DNA of 64,000 nucleotides from Thermoleophilia bacterium (GTDB lineage Bacteria; Actinomycetota; Thermoleophilia; Gaiellales; SKUG01): NCBI GenBank assembly GCA_039811765.1, contig JBDHZF010000001.1, positions 457 to 64,456 of the forward strand, read 5' to 3'. Shown piece by piece: positions 62,864 to 64,000 of this stretch (position 1 is its first letter; each line of letters starts with the position of its first letter). The notes under the pieces were generated by a model. It saw only the letters and a program-made list of their open reading frames with translations, ran no database searches and was not told where the DNA came from. The position numbers and the translations under genes were made by a program.

Positions 62864-63580
62864 ATGTTCGATCCGATCGTCGTGCATTGCCTCCAGCATT
62901 CCGAGCGCGTGCGTCCGCTCAGCGTTGCCGATTGGGCGCGCGAGCGGGGCATCGACCTGCGCGTGATTCGGGTGGACGAGGGCGCGACGCTGCCCGATCC
63001 CGCCAGCGTCGAGCGCCTGGTCGTGCTCGGTGGGGGCATGAACACCGACGAAGTCGACGAGCACCCGTGGCTCGCGGCCGAACGCGAGTGGCTGCGCGAG
63101 GTTGTTGCGATGAGTCGCGCGCGCGTGCTCGGCATCTGCCTCGGCAGCCAGTTGCTTGCCGAAGCCCTCGGCGGCACGGTTGGTCGCGCCGCCGTGCCCG
63201 AAGTTGGTTGGCAGCGAATTCGGCGAACCGTCGACGGCGATTCGCATCCCGTGCTCGCGCGCCTGCCCGCCGAGTTCGACGCGATGCAGTGGCATTGGGA
63301 CGCGTGGACGCTGCCACCCGGCGCGCAGCTCGTGGCCACGAGCGATGGCTGCGACACGCAAGCGTTCGCGTTTGGCGATCGCGTGCTCGCGTTGCAGTTC
63401 CATCCCGAGTTCACATACGCGCGCACGCGAGAACTGGTGGCAACGACGAGCGACGACATCACGCCGTCAGGCTGCATCCAGTCGCCAGACGAGTTCCTCG
63501 CCGATCCCACGCGATTTGCTCGCATGCGCGAGCTGTGCTTCCAGCTGCTCGACGACGCGCTCGCCGCGACGCGCACCTGA
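62864..63580 (+). CDS. Class I glutamine amidotransferase-like protein
   Basis: LVVLGGGMN, nucleophile elbow VLGICLGSQLLAEA, and LQFHPEF. Confidence 0.85.
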   Translation: MFDPIVVHCLQHSERVRPLSVADWARERGIDLRVIRVDEGATLPDPASVERLVVLGGGMNTDEVDEHPWLAAEREWLREVVAMSRARVLGICLGSQLLAEALGGTVGRAAVPEVGWQRIRRTVDGDSHPVLARLPAEFDAMQWHWDAWTLPPGAQLVATSDGCDTQAFAFGDRVLALQFHPEFTYARTRELVATTSDDITPSGCIQSPDEFLADPTRFARMRELCFQLLDDALAATRT

Positions 63581-63606
63581 GTGCACGTCGCGACGAGCGT
63601 TGGTCG

Positions 63607-63984
63607 TCAGCGCGCGGCGACCCCCACGGATTCCCACGCCTGCTCCACTGCGGCTCGCGCCGCCGCGTCCCCCGGGTGCAACGCGGCCACTGCCTCGATC
63701 GTGGCTGTGGCGGTCTGCGCGAACCCTGCACCGTCGGGCAGGTATTTCGTCAGCGCCTCGTACCAGACCCGCTGCGCGTCCTGCATGCCGAGCTTGCCTG
63801 CGACGCGGTACGCGGCGAGCGACGCGATGCCGGAGAGCTGGTGTGCTTCGCCACCGGCTCGCGACGCCTGTTTCAAGCTCGTCACGTCCGGTTTGGCGAG
63901 GTCGCGGATCGAGTCGCCGTCCACGCCTGGCGTCATCACGTCGGCGCCGATCTCCCACGATCCGGTGACGCCCGCGGCGAACAC
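63607..63984 (-). CDS. Hypothetical protein, possibly 5'-truncated by the window end
   Basis: Track ORF of 125 aa with strongly G/C third positions. The frame may continue upstream beyond 64000. No motif recognised. Confidence 0.5.
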   Translation of the reverse strand: MFAAGVTGSWEIGADVMTPGVDGDSIRDLAKPDVTSLKQASRAGGEAHQLSGIASLAAYRVAGKLGMQDAQRVWYEALTKYLPDGAGFAQTATATIEAVAALHPGDAAARAAVEQAWESVGVAAR

Positions 63985-64000
63985 GTCCGCCAGCGATTCA

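Overview
This is a very GC-rich, gene-dense bacterial chromosome segment. Third codon positions are almost all G/C, which creates many spurious long ORFs on both strands. GTG/TTG starts, 1-4 nt overlapping operons, an LPXTG protein and -10 boxes placed right at start codons suggest an actinobacterium. A motile Thermoleophilia/Solirubrobacterales-like organism is only my guess. I call about 57 CDS. I found no rRNA, tRNA, CRISPR array, transposase or integrase. In order, the window contains: a LysM protein; a reversed-architecture HTH+REC regulator divergent from two tandem short flagellin genes with sigma-28-type promoters; GGT, Leu/Val dehydrogenase and rhomboid; an APC-like permease; an RND pump with a DUF3105 lipoprotein; a Xi-class GST and a GMC oxidoreductase; one 12.1-kb ORF (4030 aa); cysPTWA with a Cys-less Rrf2 regulator; an orphan histidine kinase; icd; a sulfur/cysteine island (EgtD-like methyltransferase, YdhS-like flavoprotein, rhodanese with Gly at the catalytic Cys position, CstB-like persulfide dioxygenase-rhodanese, cysteine desulfurase, CDO, Lrp and EamA); GluQRS; an S1 protease; GreA; a propeller/4-repeat surface protein; an M4-core peptidase; an ABC-2 transporter; a cNMP-binding protein; a mini LPXTG protein; HNH; NlpC/P60; and a GATase1 protein. 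The most unusual items are the following. (1) The giant secreted protein is built from at least five module types, with a PA14 domain and a jelly-roll domain each nested inside another module. (2) The CstB-like operon has a non-SQR flavoprotein, an apparently dead rhodanese and an EgtD-like enzyme that lacks the expected Glu. (3) Two small families of structured intergenic repeats are present, one showing a compensatory base-pair change. All domain calls come from reading motifs by eye; no searches were run.
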